Shown here piece after piece: positions 1 through 22,683 of a DNA stretch of 64,000 bases. A program made the translations under genes and the position numbers. Each line of letters opens with the position of its first letter. The first letter of the stretch is position 1. The stretch is taken from NCBI GenBank assembly GCA_013239625.1, contig MU055785.1, forward strand, positions 14,331,206 through 14,395,205. The letters run 5' to 3'. The notes below the pieces were generated by a model that did no database searches, had not been told where the DNA came from, and was given only the letters and a program-made list of their open reading frames with translations. The DNA is from Lama guanicoe (taxonomy: Eukaryota).

Positions 1-80
1 AGTCGGTCTCTCGTTGCACGTGCAGCCGTTTTGCTGTGTTTCCTTGCATTTAATGGCGTATAAATGTGTTAAATTTACAG

Positions 81-10479
<10,399 letters not shown>

Positions 10480-11091
10480 CCGGCGGAAGAAGACAAGACG
10501 TAGCTGGTTTTTCTTTCTGAAATTACAACTTCGGGATTTTTTAAGCTCTTTTTAAAATTGTATCTTTCTGGATGAAACCTGGGAGGGACTTAGGAGCTCC
10601 AGAGTCTTCCTTCCAACATTGCCATTAACTTATTTGATAGGCGGAAATGAGGGTTTTATACTTTATCTTGTTTGGTTCTCATAAACGTGTGAGGATTTTT
10701 TGTTCTTAAAAAATGTGGATAAGGTATTCTGTATTTGTAAACAGACTCTTTTAATCTATTTGGAAAGCAGGGATTTTGTTGAAAGTGCTTTCAGGAGTGG
10801 GCAAGTTCTACGCATAAAGCTGCATTGACCTTATGTTTGAAATACTTGTTTCGAATTTAAAGAAGAGAAAAGGCATGAAAGTGGGAAGCTCAGTACAGTC
10901 CAGAGGCAGGGTTGTGTTTGGCCACCTGGTCATCTCGCTTAAGGCAAAAGCTGCCATCAAATAACCTGCACGAGGCATAGGACAGGCGTGTGGCTGGAGG
11001 GAAGTGCTTGCTTTTTATTGCATGTCTGGGGCTAAAAAAGAGATAGCTGGAAGTTTTAAATTTGTGTCCGAAGGAACATTTTAAGACTGTT

Positions 11092-11182
11092 AATAAAAAA
11101 GGCCAGTAGTCTTTATTAACATTACTATTTATCTATTTATTTTTTTGCAACTGGGACATCATTCAGTTTGTTACAAAATAAA
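11092..11182 (+). terminator. PIWIL1 candidate polyadenylation signals (AATAAA at 11092-11097 and 11177-11182); 3' UTR starts at 10480
   Basis: Two AATAAA hexamers 0.6-0.7 kb after the stop, each followed by U/GU-rich sequence. A further AATAAA lies at 12017-12022. Confidence 0.65.
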
Positions 11183-13872
11183 ATTGCAGTGATTGTCTTC
11201 TTATCTGAATAACAGTGTAGTTTTTATTTGTACCGAAAGCATATGCATTTTCTTTCCATTTAATTTGATTAAACTTCTGGGGAGTACACTCAGAGGATAT
11301 GATTCCATTTTAAAGCCAAATTAGTGTCACTTAATGAACCTCAGTGTCAGAGTGAAATTCTGTCAGGAGGTGCTGCAGCCTGCAGCGTTAGTAGTGTTAA
11401 GTCTGGCCCCGTAGCTGGTAAGGCAGTGCAGGCTCAGAGGGCCGTGTGTGGTGAAGTTGAGCAGTGTAATTATTCACATCTGCATTCTCGTAGGAATTTT
11501 CAGGGAATCTTGCAAAGAGCAGGCTTGAAGTTAATGTGTACGAACACCCTTGAGCATTGCTTCCAAATGTGATGAGTGGAAACACGCACGATCGTACACA
11601 GGCCGCCAGAACTGTGACTGTGGCTGAAACGGGCACGGCTCAGCCCGGGAGCGGGTCTCACTGTCACTGCGCTGCTGCTTACCCAGTAACTGCCCTCAGC
11701 AGTTTAGCCTCATTACCGTATTATGAATGAAAACCACTTATTTTCCTTTTAGTTCTTTGAGGTAATAACTGTTGTTAACACTGTCCTTGGCTACTAGCCT
11801 CGCTTCCTGAGCCTAGTCGGTGTCTAAACATTAGAAGGAAAGAAACGTGGGATCGTGACGGTCTGGAGGCACGCCAGGGAGACAGCAAGGCCGATGATGA
11901 AACTGGCTGGCTGTCGTCAGAGCGTGGAGGCGTCTAAGAAGGTCTCATGGTACAGCTGTGAACGGTTGACTGGGGCATTTTTTTATTTGTGGATTTTTAT
12001 AGCTAGTCAGTAACTTAATAAAGTCTCATACTAGCAGGTTTTAAATTAGCCCTTAACATTGAAAGGCTTTAGTATCTTTCAAACCATGAAAAAGGTGAAT
12101 GAGGTAATTATGGAAAGCTGTAGTATGCAGATGACCCCCACTGCATCATGAAGACTTGGTTTTTTTTTTTTGACAAGGGACAAAATCTCAAGGTAGTTGA
12201 AGCCAAGAAGGGTGCTGGTCGGCTCTCTTGGTCGTCCTGGGCAGTGGTTCCCAAGCCGACTCTGTTCAACTTGACCTCGTCTGCTTTGTAGTGTCGCAGG
12301 CCTCTGAGCCCCAGCCCAGACCCAGCAGTCAGGACTTCCGGGGCGGGGGCCGGGCGAGCTGCTAAGTGCCCCCCAGGCGGCTTGTCTGGGGGTTCTGGCA
12401 AAGGCCGGCTGAGAAGGCGTGTAGAGCGTGATTGATGGACTGCTGCTGGGGACCCTGACTGCTTCCTCCTGGGCGGGTTCTGCCCAGATGGGGTTACAGA
12501 GGTGGTCACAGAGTCTGGGTTTGTGTCTCAGCCTCGCTGCAGTGAGAGGAACACCTCTTCCACGATGGGTGTAGCACCGCTCGGGCTGTCTGCACACCCT
12601 GGGACCTGAGGGACACGCTGTCCTAACAGGCACTTGGAGTTGCTGGCTGCGTCCCGTCTGGGGGTGAAGGAGTGGTTCCTCACAGGCAAGTTCGGGTGCT
12701 GCGGCCAGAAGGCGGAATGGACGCGCAAACACAAAGGACGCCTACTGGAGGGCTGCTTTTAAAGGCAGCAGCTGCTTACAGTGGCAGCAGGCGCACTGGT
12801 CCCTAGAGAGGCAGGCGCAGCACAGCGCCTGTAAGGGAATCCAGTGCAGCACTTTCCAAGAACAAGGCGAAAACTCCAAAATCCAGGTTTCTTCCTTCAG
12901 AGAGAAGCACGCATTCAGCTGAAGGCTTCAGCGTTAAAGACACGCAGGCCCTCCCTTCTCAGTACCTGGTCTGACCCGTCAGTCATGTTGCAGTTGTTAC
13001 GCAAAAATGCGTTACAATAGGCAGTCTGCCCGGATCTTTTCTGGGTACACGGAGGTTTTTCCTCAAAAGTCAAAACCTTTGCTCCTTATTGAAGCGTTTT
13101 TTTGTTTGTTTTTGTTTTTTTCTTTTGACATGGTATTCCCTAGAGCTCATAGAGTTTTGTCTGAGTATTCTGGAATTTGTTGGCAAACACTTTTTCAACA
13201 TCAGTTTCAACCTGATGCTATGTGAGTCTTCAGAAATGTGTATAGTTTTAAGGTTTAATCCATTCACGGAGCTGGCGTTGTCATTCCAGTGCAGCATTTC
13301 TAGGGCTGGGTGTGGTTCTGTTTGCAGTCATCATTCCAATCCAATTACTTAAAAATCCAGGGCGAAAGAGAGATTATAAAATTTTCTAGCGATCAAGTCA
13401 GTGGAGAGTGCGGGCGCTTTGCAGTCAGGTGATGGCTCGGGCTTGTCCCCCCAGTGCCTTGTGCCTCTCTTGCAGAAGTCAAGCGGGAGCCCCGGTCCCC
13501 AGACACCTCCCGCCCCCCCCCCGCATCCCCACCAGAGAACTTCTGTTCCTGATGTCACCTGTTTCAGACCAGTGTCCAAGGAGCTGCTCGGGCTGCCTCT
13601 TTGGACACCGTCCTCTGGGCGCTCAGAGGTCCTCTGTGTCAGCAGCCCCTCCTTTGACAAGGTTCTCTTGCTTCAACACACCCGCTCTCCCCGGGACACC
13701 GTCTGCCTGTGAGTGACACGGGCTCGCCTCTTGTCCGTCTGGGTCGAGAGGTGGGGCGGGTATCTCAGCCCTGCTGACATGCCCAGGGCTCGTCTCTCTG
13801 ACGACGCGTTCAGTCTGTGCTCCCAGCCCTAGTTTCCTACAACCAGCTGCCTCCCGGCGAGTGCTGCTGCTG

Positions 13873-14150
13873 CTGCGGTTCTCAGACTTCTCGGTCTTGA
13901 AACCTCCTTAGCCCTCAGATTGCGGAGGACGCAGATTTTGCTTTGTTGGCTCACTGGTACTCGTATATGAGAAATCGTTTCTAAAACAGTTCGTAAGCCC
14001 GTGTTCCAGTAACTGTTAGAACGATGCTGTTGTGTCCTGAAGCCTCCAGAAAATACTGTTTACTTGTGAGAGAATTAGAGTGAGGAAGGCGGATGACCTC
14101 TTAGTGTCACTGAGCTAGGTCCTGTGGCCCGTCTGGGGAACGCCCTCTGC
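13873..14150. mobile_element. hAT-Charlie DNA transposon fragment (MER119-like)
   Basis: Starts with the TIR-like ctgcggttctcagacttctcggtct and contains gtgagagaattagagtgaggaaggc...cttagtgtc. A matching right-TIR-like piece (ggtccccaggccacgctttgagaacctctg) lies at about 14700-14746. Confidence 0.45.
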
Positions 14151-14789
14151 CCGGGCGGGGATGGTTCTTTTCCCTTGAGGTTCACACAGCAGGAGGGAGG
14201 CGGAGCTGAGGGTGGCGCGGAGCCGGCTTCATTCAGTGGCCAGAGGATGGAGAGCAGGGGTTAGTTCACAGAGCAGCTCCTTGTCCGAGTGGGTGAGGGG
14301 TTGTGCTGTAAAGAACAAGCACGGGGGTGGGGGGAGCAAGGCTAGCGATGAGGAGGCTGCTGCGTTCTTCTGGGGAAAGGGGCGGGCCTTGCAGAATGCC
14401 ACCCTTTCTGTCCTGTTTTGGTCTGCAGCTTCCTGCCGTGGCCGTTGGAGGGTGTGTCACGTGGGACGCTGATGCAGGAAAATCAGCGTATGGGAAGAGA
14501 CTTCAGGTCTGTGAAGGTCGGATTTGTTGCCATCTTTGTTGCAGCCGATTCTGGCTGGTTTTTGGTTTTCTCTTCACATCTCTTCTTTTGTGCCTGGACC
14601 TTGTGACTTAAGGAGACATGTTAGTTCCTGTTCAAGGGAGAGGCTGGTGGGTTTTGAGCAAGGGTGTGGTGTCTGCTCTGGCAACGGTCGTAGGAAAGAA
14701 CCCTGAAAGACCTAGGGGTCCCCAGGCCACGCTTTGAGAACCTCTGGGTGAATAACTTGTGCCTGAAGCTGAGCTGTGACTCCCCTCCC

Positions 14790-15410
14790 TGGAGCTCCAT
14801 TTTTCCAGATGTTCAGGCCAAAACCCTTGGCATCTTCCTTGAGCCGACTCTTTCTCATGTCACCCTTTGGGTTCCCCATTAAATCTTATAAGCTCTGCCT
14901 TCACAGTGTTATGAATGTCCAGCCACGGCTCTGCGCCCTGTTCTAGCCACCTCTGTCTCCTCCGAGTCCCTGGAAGAGCCACTTGAACTGGTCTGTAACA
15001 GAGTGATGGAGTCACACATCTTCTTGTATCTGCACTGGGTTCCCATCTCCGAAAGGCAGTCACCGTGAGGGCATGGCGTTGCTGTCCTGCCCTTCCCACA
15101 CTGCCCGGGTGCCCTCACCCTGCCTCAGGGCCAGGTTTCCACGTGCTCCTTCAGGTCAGCCAAGGTGTCACCAGCAGAGGGACCGCCTTCTGTATTTTCA
15201 GCATCGCACCAGCATAGAGGTGCGCCCTTTCTCTTTTCCCCAGCCTTACTGGTATCAACAGCATGTTACTTGCTGTGCTTTTTCTGTTCCCCAACTAGGA
15301 TGCAAATGCTTCTAGGAATCCAGGAGGACAGAAACCTCTGACTCCCCAGTGTCTTTACCAATGTCTGACGCACGGCAGTTTCTCAGAAACTTACTGAAAG
15401 GATAAATAAT
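14790..15410 (+). mobile_element. L2 LINE fragments (approximate limits)
   Basis: tcaggccaaaacccttggcatcttccttgag...tctttctc and a 3'-end-like ...ctcagaaacttactgaaaggataaataatg. Confidence 0.4.
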
Positions 15411-16169
15411 GCATGTAACCCTTAACTCAGTAACCCCCCCCATATTTATGCATTTGTGTTGAGGGACCCTTCTATCCTCTGCAGTAGCTCTGCATCCTGG
15501 CTGTGTGTTCTGGCCACCAGAGAGGGCTTTAAAAACTCCTAGTGGCGGCCCCCGCCCAGTTCTCTTAAGACTCTTGGTTGGAGACTTGGACATAACGCTC
15601 AGGAATGTTGGCACCAGCTGGACTGAAATTACACCAGGCAGAGAGGTGAGCTCATCCGTGGGCAGCAACCAGTCAGGCTTCCAGGAAACCTGGGTCCTAA
15701 GTCCGAGCCTCCAGCTGCACTTCAGCACTGGGTGTTCTGCCGTTGGCCTGTTTTCTTTGTGGGCACCGGGAGAAGCAGGGCCATCCAGTCCCCGTTTGCC
15801 AGTGTTCCCTACCCACCCAAGTCCAGCGGGAGGGCTGAGCAGGTGTGGCAGAAAGGAGCCCTGTGGAGGGGCCACGTGGGCTCGGCTGGGGCTCGGCTGG
15901 GGCGCGGCAGGGCTGCCTCCGGATGAGCAGGCACGTGGCTCCTGGTTCTGGGGTGCAGGGAGATGCAGCTGCCCAGGAGGCCCCCGGGCCACAGAGCGCC
16001 TGTCTTGGGAACGTGAGTGCCTTCACCCTGCCTGTTAGGGCCGCCCCTGCCTCGGGCCTCGGGCCTGTGAGGCTGGGGCATCAGAGTAGGAAGTGAACCT
16101 CCTTTCGGAACAACACAAGAATCTTCGAGCACTTTAACTCCGCTGTCGTTAATCAGCTTACACGCTATT

Positions 16170-18400
16170 GCTTTAAGTCAGCTTTCTTGTAGTTTACACG
16201 TAAGTGAATTCAGCTTGATGAATTCTGACCAGTGTACACACTCCGTTGTCTCTGTCACCATCAAGATCCAGAACAGTCCTCCCACAGAAGGTCCCTTCCT
16301 AGTTCTTCGCGAACGGCCCTTCTCACCTTGACCCCAAGCGGCCAGTGATCTGCACTTCGTTGTCTGCGTGGTGCCTGCTGAGCCGTGCACCACTGGATGT
16401 TCGCGCTGTTTGATCCCAGGGACAGACAGAATATTCGGATCCTTCCTATCTTGGGCTACTCTAAACTACGAAGAAACCTGTTCAAGCCTTTGTGTGGGCG
16501 TAGTTTTACTTCTCATGGATAAATACATAGACGTAGAGTTGCTGGACCTGTGTGCTCATGTCTGGTCCGACGAGCCGTTGTGCCCTGCACTGCGTGAGAG
16601 TTCCAGCTGCTCCGCATCCTTGCGCTGCCTGATGACGTCAGTCTGTCCGCTCCGGTGGGTGTGTGGCGTTACCTCGCTTGGATTATTCATTGCATTTCCT
16701 TGCTCACTGACACTGAGAATTTTTGTGTGCATATTAGCCATTCTTACATCTTCCATGAAGTTCCTGTTCAGGTCTTCTGCACGTATTTTTTTAATTGGTT
16801 GGTCGTATTTGAGTTGTGAATCTTCTTTACGTGTTTTGGATACAGATGTTTTTGTCAGATATCTGCACTGTGAGTGTTTCCTCTCAGTTTCTGCCTTGCT
16901 GTTTTACTTCCTTCTGTGTCAGAGAGGAGACATCCTTCACCTTAGTGAAGTCCAGGTATCAGGGCTTCTTTCTTACAACGTGTGCTTTTTGTGCCCCATG
17001 GAAGACATCTTTCTAGCCAAAATTCTCCTATGTTTTCTTCTAGAAATGTTATAGTCTTAAGGTTTTCATTTACGCCTGTGTTCTATTTTGAGTTACAATT
17101 TTGTGTATTATGTAAGATTAGGGTCAGTTTCCCCACCTGTTAGTCCCCTTCTTCCTGCAGCATTTCTGGAGAAGACCGTGTCTCCCCCACCGAGTTGCTG
17201 TGGCACCTTTGTTGAAAATGAACTGGCTGTCTGTGAGAGCCTGTCTCTGGACTCCCCGTGTTGTCCCACTGACTTACGTCAGCATTTTACACGGAAGCAG
17301 CACTGCCTTGATCTCTGCAGCTGTGTGAGTCTCACGTTCAGGCAGTGTGCGTCTTTCAACTCTGTTCATCTTTTTCAGAATGGTTTTGGCTATTCCAGGG
17401 CATTTGCATTTCTGTACAAGTCTTTAATCAGCTTACCGTTTCTAGAAAAAGCCTGCTGCGGTCTTGACGGGCATTTCAGTAGAACCAGTAAATCTGCTTG
17501 GGGGAAAGTTGACAATCTAACAGTATTGTATCTTCCAAACCATGCCCGTTACATACCTCTGTTTAGGGGCTTTCTCATAGTCTCGAGGCAGTTCCTTACC
17601 TTTTTCAGTATACAAGTCTTGTATATATTTTGTTAAATTAGTCCCTAAGAATTTCATGTTTTTGATGCTGTTGTAACTAATTACATTTATTTATCTCATG
17701 TCACTTATATCTGTATTTTTATTTGTGATTGTTCCCTGCTGGTTTGTAGAAACACAGCTGATGTTTGTGTGCTGGCCCTGGACCCCAGCCCCTTGCCACG
17801 GTCACCTGCTGGTGCTGACAGCATTCTGTAGGCCCCGTAAGTTCTACACACAGTCACATCACCTGCAGACAGGCTGCTTCACTTCTTCCGTTCAGAAGTG
17901 TGTGACTTTCCTCCTTGTGGTGCTGGCCGCGAGCCCTGGTGCAGTGCTGGGCACGCGGAGTCACACGGACACGCTGGCCGTGGCTCTGACAGAAGGGGGA
18001 CGTGGCCAGGTTTTCACCGTCAGGTGTGTTGGCTGTTAACTTTATCAAGTTGAAATAAACTCCTTTCTTTTCTTAGTTTCCTGAACAGGTGTTGATTTTG
18101 TCCAGTGCTTTCCTCACATCTACTGATGTGGTTAGATAGCTTCTCCATCCTGTCCTGCTAATACAGCAGAAGACACCGGTTCTGCCTCCAGCGTGCTGAG
18201 CCAGCGTTCAGTCCTAGGCTGGACCACGCTGAGCCCAGCACGTCCTGCTTCTCACGTGCTGTTGGATACGTTGCTGCTAGCGTTTTGTTACAGACTCTTT
18301 CACATCTACATCCGTGATGCTGTTGGTCTAGTGTTCTTACAGTGTCTTTGTCGTTCTGGGCTAGCCTGCATTTCCGTGTTTTAGGGAATTTGTGAATATT
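16170..18400 (-). mobile_element. Degenerate L1M (ORF2 3' part and 3' UTR), intergenic
   Basis: T-rich antisense L1 hallmarks such as ttatagtcttaaggttttcatttacgcctgtgttctattttgagtt, tggcacctttgttgaaaatgaactggc and tggttttggctattccagggcatttgcatttc; no intact ORF. Confidence 0.75.
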
Positions 18401-18469
18401 TTCCAAAGACTTAGTCATGGTTACTTTCACTGGTTTTTTTTTTTTTTTTAGAGAAATGGTCATCATTTC

Positions 18470-18815
18470 TTTTTATTCTGTTGATGTGTCTACATAACAG
18501 AGTTTACCACTTCAGTCATTTTTAAGTGTGTAGTTGCATTAAGCACATTCATGCTGTTGTGTAGACTTTAATTTCTTATATTGGTATTTATTAAACTGAA
18601 GTTTTAAAATGTAAGACATTCCACTTGATCTAGCATTTCAGTTTTTTTTAACTTTAGATCTCCAGAATTTATTCATCTCGCATTCCTGGAACTTTGTGCC
18701 CTTTGCCCAGCCTCCCCCCCACATTCCCAACCCTCGGCCCCTGGCAACCACCTTGTGCTTCTGCGTGTTCGAATGTTTTAGATTCCACATGTAAATGAGA
18801 TTATGCGGTACTTCT
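18470..18815 (-). mobile_element. L1M 3'-end fragment
   Basis: cattaagcacattcatgctgttgtg...ggcccctggcaaccacc...tttagattccacatgtaaatgagattatgcggtac. Confidence 0.65.
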
Positions 18816-19449
18816 TTGTCATCAATTATTCAAACATAACTTTTTTTTTTGTAGATGTAGTAGGTGGAAGCATAATTCAGTGTGAAGGACACTATGATAG
18901 CAGTTATAATTTTATATGCTTGTATATAGTTTCATCAAGTTATGCATTTAGATTATGTTTTCATTTTGCCATAAGCCTGTTGGTTTTACCTCTTGATTAG
19001 AATAAGCTCTATTATTTGGGGGATTTTTAAATTACAGGCTTTTAGGAAAACGTGTTGTGTATGAAACACTAGGTTGTATTTTAGTACTTAGGTGGTGTAG
19101 CTCTTTATTAGATCATTTGAATTCTAAAGTTGCCAAATGGAAATATTATGACTGCGGTTTGAATTCACTCTCGAAGTTTTTGTTGCATATGAGTATTTCA
19201 CAAGAAATACTGGCTTGACGCTAATTTCCTTTTGTTTGCCGCTGAGTGGATTGTCACCAGTGATGCAAGTGTGACAGAACTTTGTAAATGACTACCCAGA
19301 CAGATCAGAATTATTTTCAGAAAACAGTAGTACCGGAAAAGGTTAGAATTTTTCTTGTACGTATAGGAGAAAGGATCTCAGTTATGCTGTTGTGGTAAAA
19401 AGTGTTTAAAACAAACCTACAGAATAAACAGCACTGTATAAAATAACAT

Positions 19450-19455
19450 TTTATT
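19450..19455 (-). terminator. RIMBP2 distal poly(A) signal AATAAA
   Basis: Minus strand reads ...tgtacagctagtgtaaaatattttatagaAATAAAatgttattttatacagtgctgtttattctgtaggtttgtttt, with several upstream UGUA (CFIm) motifs and a downstream GU/U-rich element. Other hexamers lie at 20157-20162 and 20819-20824. Confidence 0.75.
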
Positions 19456-20508
19456 TCTATAAAATATTTTACACTAGCTGTACACATGCACACACCCACA
19501 CAGAACTTAACCACACATTAATTTCCTTTTAATAAATTACCACATACTACTATATTACAATTTACAGTTTTTGAAGACACAATGGGGAAAGCTCTGTCAT
19601 TCATTTATAAACCTTCCATAAATTACAAAAGAAAGGCAGTCTGAAAAGTATGTATAAAGAGTAAAAACAATTTACAAGTGGACAAGAATTACAAAATAGT
19701 AACCATCAAACCCATCTGCCGGCAACGTTGTAAATGTGTTTTTGTTCATGTGCCAATGGTGAAGGTCGGTCTGGAATCAGTTTGAACAGACTTAATTTAG
19801 GATGTTTTTGGTGTGGCTTATGCGTTAATGTGGATTGCTTTCCGTGTGTGCCGTTTGCTGTTGACTATTTGTGTATGGAGTTCTGACAGTGAAAGTAATG
19901 AAAATCCATATGCCACAAAATGTAACACTAAAAGCAGTGACTGTTACAGCTTTCTGGCACATTGGAGTGGTGGTGCTTTACCAGAGTCACTTCCTCTCCT
20001 CTCTGAATGATCTGAGTAAGTAAACATTTTCTGTGTTGCCTGGCTGGCTTTGAAAGATGAAAAGCCGGGATCTTAAGTGTGTGCAACTCGATTTCAAAGC
20101 GCTGTGTGTGTGAGGATGGAGAGCACTGCACGCACATACAGAGTGTACACCGCAGTTTTATTAGACAGTACAAACCACTGTGCATTTATAAGGCAGAACA
20201 TCAAGGCGATTAAACTAGGAATTTCAAGACCAGAGTTAACGTGAGTTATGCATTATGAGGCAAGCATTTTGAAAAGGGAGAAAGGTTGAAATCATTCCTG
20301 TAAGGGCAGATGACCAATGCACAAAGGCTGAACCACAGTAGGGAGGGAGCTGCAAAGAGCTGCCGCCCCGCTCCTTCCCGAGGGCCCGCCCCCACCCGGC
20401 ACCACGCGCAGGTGGGCCGGACTGCGAGGGGGCAGCGCGGCCCTTTGTCCTTGCAGGTGGTTAAAGTGGATGGTAGTGCAAAGAGCACTTCTCTACTGGT
20501 GGCGGGGG

Positions 20509-20816
20509 NNNNNNNNNNNNNNNNNNNNNNNNNNNNNNNNNNNNNNNNNNNNNNNNNNNNNNNNNNNNNNNNNNNNNNNNNNNNNNNNNNNNNNNNNNNN
20601 NNNNNNNNNNNNNNNNNNNNNNNNNNNNNNNNNNNNNNNNNNNNNNNNNNNNNNNNNNNNNNNNNNNNNNNNNNNNNNNNNNNNNNNNNNNNNNNNNNNN
20701 NNNNNNNNNNNNNNNNNNNNNNNNNNNNNNNNNNNNNNNNNNNNNNNNNNNNNNNNNNNNNNNNNNNNNNNNNNNNNNNNNNNNNNNNNNNNNNNNNNNN
20801 NNNNNNNNNNNNNNNN
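20509..20816. other. Assembly gap (308 N)
   Basis: Run of N; the left flank ends in a G-run. Confidence 1.
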
Positions 20817-21349
20817 AGTTTATTGAGTGCATGAGCGCCAAGTAACAGCAACACACTGCCCCGCTTCCCACCAGGAGAGGTTAGGGGTGCTGCCCTGCTG
20901 CCGGGGCGGGGCCCCACGGGGAGCACACGCCCCTCCCGTGGCTCGGCTCAGAGACCCCCACCACCCGGCCACCCGTGCTGGCTCTCAGGGGAGGGGTGGC
21001 TGTCAAAACAAAGCTAGGTAGTTTACTTGTAAATTAAGACCCAAAGCAGAGGAAAAAAAAAAAAGTGAAACTGGAGTGAGAGTCAAGTTGGCCGAGTACC
21101 CAACAGTTATCTTAAAAGCAGAGGTTCTTAAAGGGAATCGTGTTGCATTGGAAACCTACGGGGGTATGTAAAACCCTGACCCTGCCGAGCGCACTCCTGG
21201 GTGGGTTAGTTACTGCAGAAACACTGGAGATGGCACACCGGTTGAAAGAAAAAAAAAAACAACTAAAATGAACCTTAATTACAATCAAAGAAAGCTTAAA
21301 GGCCCTTGGTGTATGCTTTCATTATTTCCAAGCGATTAAAGACGCGTCT

Positions 21350-21790
21350 GTGTCAGCACAGAGCGCACGGCGGCGTCTCGCTGCCTCGGCACGGGCGCCC
21401 GAGATCGCGGGGAGCTGTCCTCCCGCTGGTCCTCCCCTCACCAGAGCGAACCGTTTTCTAAAGAGTGTTCACCGTTCAACAGGCCAATGGTGTGAGCCAA
21501 GGGGCTTCAAGCTTGCTTGGATTTACAATCAAGGTCTAATTCTAATGGAAAACACCTATACAGCATCCCGAGTACACCTGAAGATACCGTGTGTTCGGCT
21601 AGTGCAGCGTCTGAGCTGCGCGCTCGCTCGCTCAGTATTGCATTGGTACCAACGGCGCCGTCCGCAGCCGCCGCGCTCCCAGCGCGCCCTGCGCCCAGGA
21701 GCCCGGGCGCCCTGGGAGGGTGGCGCCCGCGCGGGGCGGCCAGCGCCAACTCGAGAGCGCCTCGCTCGCTCTCCTCCTCCGCTCCATCTC
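21350..21790. promoter_or_regulatory. CpG-island-like segment inside the RIMBP2 3' UTR
   Basis: Dense CpG and GC boxes (gcgcgctcgctcg, gcccgcgcggggcggc) set in AT-rich UTR. Confidence 0.5.
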
Positions 21791-22157
21791 GAGTTGTGCT
21801 TTTTTAAGTAAAATTTCCTACAGTAAACATTTACTAGATTGTGCTTTTTCCACGAGTGGCTAACAATGCAATATGCAGCTTTAGTCATGAGGAGACATTG
21901 GAACGCTCTGTGTAAACAAACAATTAGCCTGTTAAGAAATATGTTCCCAATGGTGGCCTTTCAAATATTCTTAATGTAAGTTGTAGGAAATGATTATTCA
22001 AGATGACTGATTTCACTACAGATTCAGTTGCTTTACAACTGAGACCAAGTAATGCTTTAGGTCCAATGAGGTTTTGAGACATATTTCTTTTCTGTCACCC
22101 CACAGTGAAGCCTTAAGTCTACCGCGTTAGCCGGGCTAAGGTAGCTTAAGCCGGTAT

Positions 22158-22310
22158 NNNNNNNNNNNNNNNNNNNNNNNNNNNNNNNNNNNNNNNNNNN
22201 NNNNNNNNNNNNNNNNNNNNNNNNNNNNNNNNNNNNNNNNNNNNNNNNNNNNNNNNNNNNNNNNNNNNNNNNNNNNNNNNNNNNNNNNNNNNNNNNNNNN
22301 NNNNNNNNNN
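22158..22310. other. Assembly gap (153 N), probably hiding the last coding exon of RIMBP2
   Basis: A minus-strand polypyrimidine tract (gtgtctcatttttattttac) runs into the gap and 3' UTR emerges on the other side. Confidence 0.9.
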
Positions 22311-22683
22311 GTAAAATAAAAATGAGACACTAAACATGAATGTAATCTACTAGTTAAGTATGGCTGAGAAGTTCTCCGGTCCTTGTTAAGGGGGCCTGCT
22401 AACACCCTAACCGGGCAGGTAGCTGCGACTGCCCGCAGACCTGAGGGCCAGCCGGCCCTTCCACTCGTGATCACACTGGAATGTGCATCTGACGCAGGCT
22501 GGGAAGTCCCTTTGTGACTAGAGCAGGTGATGAGGCTCAGGATTAAGAACTTTTAGACAACCCCCGTGGAAGGGCAGAGAAGAACTATGGGCACGTGCTT
22601 TCCGGCCCAGGGAACAGAAGCAGCGGTGCGGGGGCCGCGGGGGCCGCGGGTGCGCAGGGCGGGGCGGGCGGGGGCGGGCTTAC

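Larger units (their letters stand above)
19430..22157 (-). other. RIMBP2: RIMBP2 3' UTR (about 2.8 kb, interrupted by gap 20509-20816)
   Basis: The sequence just below gap 22158 (minus: ataccggcttaagctaccttagcccggct...gtagacttaaggcttcactgtgggg...aaatatgtctcaaaa...ttacttggtctcagttgtaaagcaactgaat) resembles the recalled proximal human RIMBP2 3' UTR. It ends at a strong poly(A) context. Confidence 0.75.

Noticed and set aside
12079-14640. Search for an alternative RIMBP2 C-terminal exon beyond the 3' UTR
   Set aside because: Candidate acceptors give short or unrecognisable peptides; none is supported.
16368-18039. Hydrophobic plus-strand ORFs of 228, 182 and 113 aa
   Set aside because: Antisense reading of T-rich degenerate L1, not a membrane protein gene.
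20246-20926. ORFs spanning N runs (also at 22.1-22.5 kb and 28.5-28.8 kb)
   Set aside because: Artefacts of translating gaps.
21461-21472. AAG AGT GTT CAC (KSVH), resembling the RIMBP2 C-terminus
   Set aside because: It is on the wrong strand and does not continue FTP*; a chance match.
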